This document shows positions 16,583 through 20,000 of a DNA stretch of 20,000 nucleotides, piece after piece. Source of the DNA: Limisphaerales bacterium (lineage in GTDB: Bacteria; Verrucomicrobiota; Verrucomicrobiia; Limisphaerales; SIBE01). How positions within the stretch are numbered: position 1 is the first letter of the stretch; each line of letters begins with the position of its first letter. The notes beneath the pieces are model-generated. The model made no database searches and was not told the DNA's origin. It saw nothing but the letters and a program-made list of their open reading frames with translations. The stretch spans positions 51,902 to 71,901 of the forward strand of contig JBGAIN010000023.1 in assembly GCA_044225505.1 (NCBI GenBank), in the 5' to 3' direction. A program made the translations under genes and the position numbers.

Positions 16583-17223
16583 TTATAATAGGCCGGAATA
16601 TCGTCGGCGGTGAATAACGGAGCGATCCCCACGCTTTCCAAGCGCGAACGACCGCAGGCTTCGACATGTCCGTCGAGGAAAAGGCCATTGGCTCTTTGGC
16701 TATGGCGAGCGTGCACTTCCTTTTCGGATTCAGCCCGGAAAAAGTAGTATTGCTCAGCGCCGATGCCTTGCCTTCCCCGGCTGGTCGTGTCCGTGAGATG
16801 CAGGTATTCGACTGGCTTCACCACCGTCTCCACTTGCAGGATCTCGCCGAAGTCCCCGGATGTATTCTCAAGAGGCGGATCCTGTCGCACACCGTAGGTC
16901 TTGAACCAGTTGGTGAAATGGCGCGGGGAGTAGGTCGGGCAAACAAACAAATCCAGAGGCTTGAGATTCTGGTTCGTGCTCAAGATACTTCCCCAAGTAA
17001 CGCCCGGGTCCAAGGGCGCATCGATTTGAACGGCATTATGGAAATCCTGGGCGTAAATCAATGTCGCCAATCCGAGTTGCTTAAGATTATTCAAGCAACG
17101 CGCGGCTTGGGCTTTACCTTTAGCATTGGCGAGTGCGGGAAGTAACAAGCTAGCCAGAATTGCGATGATCGCGACCACGACCAGCAACTCAATCAGCGTG
17201 AAAGCCCGCCGCGACGCACCCAT
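16579..17223 (-). CDS. Prepilin-type N-terminal cleavage/methylation domain protein with C-terminal H-X9-DG motif
   Basis: [40 protein letters not shown] and [19 protein letters not shown] 17223 is preferred over 17271. Confidence 0.92.
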   Translation of the reverse strand: MGASRRAFTLIELLVVVAIIAILASLLLPALANAKGKAQAARCLNNLKQLGLATLIYAQDFHNAVQIDAPLDPGVTWGSILSTNQNLKPLDLFVCPTYSPRHFTNWFKTYGVRQDPPLENTSGDFGEILQVETVVKPVEYLHLTDTTSRGRQGIGAEQYYFFRAESEKEVHARHSQRANGLFLDGHVEACGRSRLESVGIAPLFTADDIPAYYK

Positions 17224-17415
17224 AATTGAATTGGCCAGTCTCAAGGGTTTGACATTACAGCATTTTGCCACTCTGAGCCTTAAAAATAATTGAAGATTTC
17301 AACCGGTCAATGCGCGGTTTCGGAACATGAGGCCATCGCCCGGGGAGCGGCCCTCGAGGACACCGTCCGTTTCGGCGGCTCCGTAGGGAACCATTGCTGA
17401 CTGGCAGCCCGGGCT

Positions 17416-18843
17416 ATGCTCTTTAATTCCGGAACGTTCCTGCAGTTCTTTGCCGCGTTTATCCTTCTCTATTATTGTGTTCGGCATTCGTTGGCGGCAC
17501 GCAATGTTCTCATTGTCGCCGCCAGCTACCTATTCTACGGCTGGTGGGACTACCGGTTCCTCTCCCTGCTCTTCCTTTCGAGCCTGCTCGACTTTGGAGT
17601 TGGCCTGGGATTAGAGCGGCTCACGCTTCCCCGCCAGCGCAAGCTACTTTTGAACCTTAGCATCGTTGCGAACCTGACCATCCTCGGCTTTTTCAAATAC
17701 TACGACTTCTTCGCGGAGTCCCTGGCAGGGCTCCTCGGAAAGTTAGGGTGGCCCGTGCCGCTGCCCACGTTGCACATCATCCTGCCGGTAGGGATTTCAT
17801 TCTACACCTTTCAGAGCATGAGTTACGCCATTGACGTTTACCGGCGCACCATGAAGCCCACTCGCAATCTGGTCGAGTTTCTGGCTTACGTCTCGTTCTT
17901 TCCCCAATTGGTTGCGGGTCCGATCGAACGCGGCGAGCATCTGCTCCCTCAGTTCGGCGTCAGCCGCCAGATCACGCGAAGTATGCTCGAAGAAGGCGCT
18001 TGGCTTTGCCTTTGGGGCATGTTCAAGAAAGTGGTCTTGGCCGACAACTTTGCGCCTTTGGTAGAGATGGTCTACGAACACTCTCATCCAGGGGGGCCGC
18101 TTGTCGTTCTCGCCACGATTGCGTTCGGATTACAGATCTACTGCGACTTTTCCGGGTATTCCGATATCGCCCGGGGGACTGCGCGGATTCTTGGATTCGA
18201 CATCATGGTGAACTTCAACCTGCCCTACCTGGCGACCAACTTGCGTGAATTCTGGGCACGCTGGCATATCAGCCTATCCACGTGGCTCCGCGATTACCTT
18301 TACGTTAGTTTGGGTGGAAACCGCTCCACTCCAGCCCGGACCTATCGTAATTTATTTCTTACCATGCTGCTGGGTGGCTTGTGGCATGGCGCCGCCTGGA
18401 ATTTTGTCGCTTGGGGTGTCTGGCAGGGGCTCGGCCTGGTTGGCCACCGCCTTTGGATGGCACGCTCCAAATCGCCTCGACGGCCAAAGGCCTTACCTGA
18501 CCGGAGTCGGGCATTCTCGTGGTCTGGTTGGGTGATGACCATGGGCTTTGTCTTTTATGGCTGGCTCTTATTTCGCGCTGGATCGTGGAAGCAAGTCCTC
18601 GCGCTGAGCGAGCAACTCGGTCAACTCACCATCCCTGCTTGGGCCGCCAGTTATGTTTACTACCTCGCTACTTTCGCCGCCCCGCTCGTCTTGATGGAGA
18701 CCTGGCAGTATCGAGCCCGGGATTTGCTAGTCGCCCTGAAACGGCCGCTCTGGAGCCGATCGATACTCCAGGGAATACTGCTAATCGGAATTGTCGTATT
18801 CTGGGAGAAACAGAAAGTTCCGTTTATCTACTTTCAATTTTGA
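17416..18843 (+). CDS. MBOAT-family O-acyltransferase (AlgI/PatA/DltB-like)
   Basis: MLFNS start, LPVGISFYTFQSMSY, FFPQLVAGPIER, DFSGYSD, FWARWHISLSTW, GLWHGA (catalytic His) and C-terminal FIYFQF. Confidence 0.95.
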   Translation: MLFNSGTFLQFFAAFILLYYCVRHSLAARNVLIVAASYLFYGWWDYRFLSLLFLSSLLDFGVGLGLERLTLPRQRKLLLNLSIVANLTILGFFKYYDFFAESLAGLLGKLGWPVPLPTLHIILPVGISFYTFQSMSYAIDVYRRTMKPTRNLVEFLAYVSFFPQLVAGPIERGEHLLPQFGVSRQITRSMLEEGAWLCLWGMFKKVVLADNFAPLVEMVYEHSHPGGPLVVLATIAFGLQIYCDFSGYSDIARGTARILGFDIMVNFNLPYLATNLREFWARWHISLSTWLRDYLYVSLGGNRSTPARTYRNLFLTMLLGGLWHGAAWNFVAWGVWQGLGLVGHRLWMARSKSPRRPKALPDRSRAFSWSGWVMTMGFVFYGWLLFRAGSWKQVLALSEQLGQLTIPAWAASYVYYLATFAAPLVLMETWQYRARDLLVALKRPLWSRSILQGILLIGIVVFWEKQKVPFIYFQF

Positions 18844-19844
18844 TGCGAGCGCCTAGCCACCAGTATCAATTCACCGTCGCCGACGTGTTGCGCATCTTTA
18901 GCCTGCCGTTGCTCCCGTTGCTCGTCTTTGCCCTGGGGATGCACCTGGGCGCGAAGTCGCGGATACTGCCTCTTCCCCAGCCCGCCCTCGACATCGATCG
19001 AACGATCCTCCTGCACCAAGCTCAGGCCAGTCGCGAAAATCATTCCACCGGAGTAATATTGCTTGGCGATTCCTCCTGCTTGATGGACGTCGCGACCGAC
19101 AGTCTGGATCGTGCATTGAGCAAGTCTGGAGGTGCTCTCAATCTCGGCACGCTGAGCTACTTGGACTTGGCGGGTTACTCACGAATTCTTCAAACCTACC
19201 TCGCGTCTAACTCTATCCCTCCGCGTGCTATCGTGCTCCTGATGCATCCGGAAGCTTTGCGCCGCGGCAGCCCGGAAGACTACTACACCGAGACTCTGAA
19301 TCGATTTTACGAGGGCCAAGATTACTGCCCACCATCGTCGTCTGCTTTCCTGTGCGCTACCGGAGCGGAAATCTTTCGAGGGCGTTTCCTTAGCCGGGCT
19401 TTGCCACAGCCATTACCCGGGGCGTTCGGCCGCCACTATGGGTTTACCCATGATCTCTGGCGTTATCTATCTGCGCATCGGGGCAGTGCTACGGATCCCG
19501 GCCTATTCGACCCGCAGACAGCCACCGGGAACGCCGAATACAGGCTGGCGCCATCCTTGGAAGCCGCTAGCAAGTCCTTTCGCCGAGCGCTCCCGCGCGG
19601 AACGAAACTCATTGTTGGAATCACGCCAACTCCCGAGTCGTTCGTTCCTGAAAGCTACACCCAAACCCGGTTACAGCTGCTCAAACGTTGGAGCGAATGG
19701 CTGCAAGCGGAAAGCGTTCTCGAAGCCCTGCCAGCAACCTTGCCCGACCGACAATTCGCCAGCATTACCCACCTTAACGCTGCCGGTGCCGCTGTTTTCA
19801 CCGACGCCTTAGCGAAAGTCTTGAGCCCACACCTTAGCCCGTAA
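18843..19844 (+). CDS. Membrane-anchored SGNH-like protein (AlgJ/PatB/DltD-like partner of the MBOAT)
   Basis: ATG 18843 overlaps the MBOAT stop (TGATG). N-terminal TM helix, block I LLGDSS, NLG and C-terminal HLNAAGA. The ORF-track start at 18519 lies inside the MBOAT gene. Confidence 0.8.
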   Translation: MRAPSHQYQFTVADVLRIFSLPLLPLLVFALGMHLGAKSRILPLPQPALDIDRTILLHQAQASRENHSTGVILLGDSSCLMDVATDSLDRALSKSGGALNLGTLSYLDLAGYSRILQTYLASNSIPPRAIVLLMHPEALRRGSPEDYYTETLNRFYEGQDYCPPSSSAFLCATGAEIFRGRFLSRALPQPLPGAFGRHYGFTHDLWRYLSAHRGSATDPGLFDPQTATGNAEYRLAPSLEAASKSFRRALPRGTKLIVGITPTPESFVPESYTQTRLQLLKRWSEWLQAESVLEALPATLPDRQFASITHLNAAGAAVFTDALAKVLSPHLSP

Positions 19845-19924
19845 ACACGTCGCTCGCTAACCTGACTTCCTCCTCAGTGGGATAAAAAGCCCAACAAAAC
19901 CGAGGGTTTCTCGATTTGATCGGG

Positions 19925-20000
19925 CTACAATGACTGTTTTGGCGGCGAGGCGAACAAGGAAGCCAAGCCGAGTTTCCGGAGTTGCTCGTTCAGATCGGTG
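19925..20000 (-). CDS. Possible 3' end of a convergent gene entering from the right edge (...TDLNEQLRKLGLASLFASPPKQSL*)
   Basis: Open minus-strand frame from the window edge to TAG at 19925-19927 with protein-like composition. It is too short to be sure. Confidence 0.35.
   Translation of the reverse strand, partial: TDLNEQLRKLGLASLFASPPKQSL

Noticed and set aside
17249..17280. Perfect TTGACA upstream of the MBOAT gene
   Set aside because: No plausible -10 hexamer at 16-18 nt spacing.
18519..18842. N-terminal extension of the SGNH ORF in the ORF track
   Set aside because: It lies inside the MBOAT CDS. The TGATG coupling at 18841-18845 gives the better start.

Overview
Gene-dense, GC-rich bacterial chromosomal segment. 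The protein families (PEP-CTERM protein, prepilin/H-X9-DG protein, ASPIC/UnbV-FG-GAP protein, C-terminal 'YxLExxxxL...FFRL' domain) suggest PVC superphylum, most likely Verrucomicrobiota (inference). Contents in order: a partial CDS, a RelE-like gene, tRNA-Glu(CTC), a two-gene secreted/PEP-CTERM operon with a strong promoter and terminator, a Zn-dependent dehydrogenase, a 1248-aa FG-GAP/ASPIC-UnbV protein, a Tat-exported TIM-barrel isomerase, a YXWGXW lipoprotein, a GH32 fructosidase, a UDG-family protein, a purple-acid-phosphatase-like enzyme, a SirB1-like protein, a secreted putative cysteine peptidase, a prepilin-like protein coupled to a membrane-anchored protein, and an MBOAT + SGNH O-acylation pair. 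No mobile element, CRISPR array or rRNA was seen. The most striking unexplained signal is a non-coding array at 12060-12144: eight heptamers (ACA[G/C]GGA), four direct then four inverted, each set phased at exactly 11 bp. All family calls come from motif recognition by eye; no searches were run.
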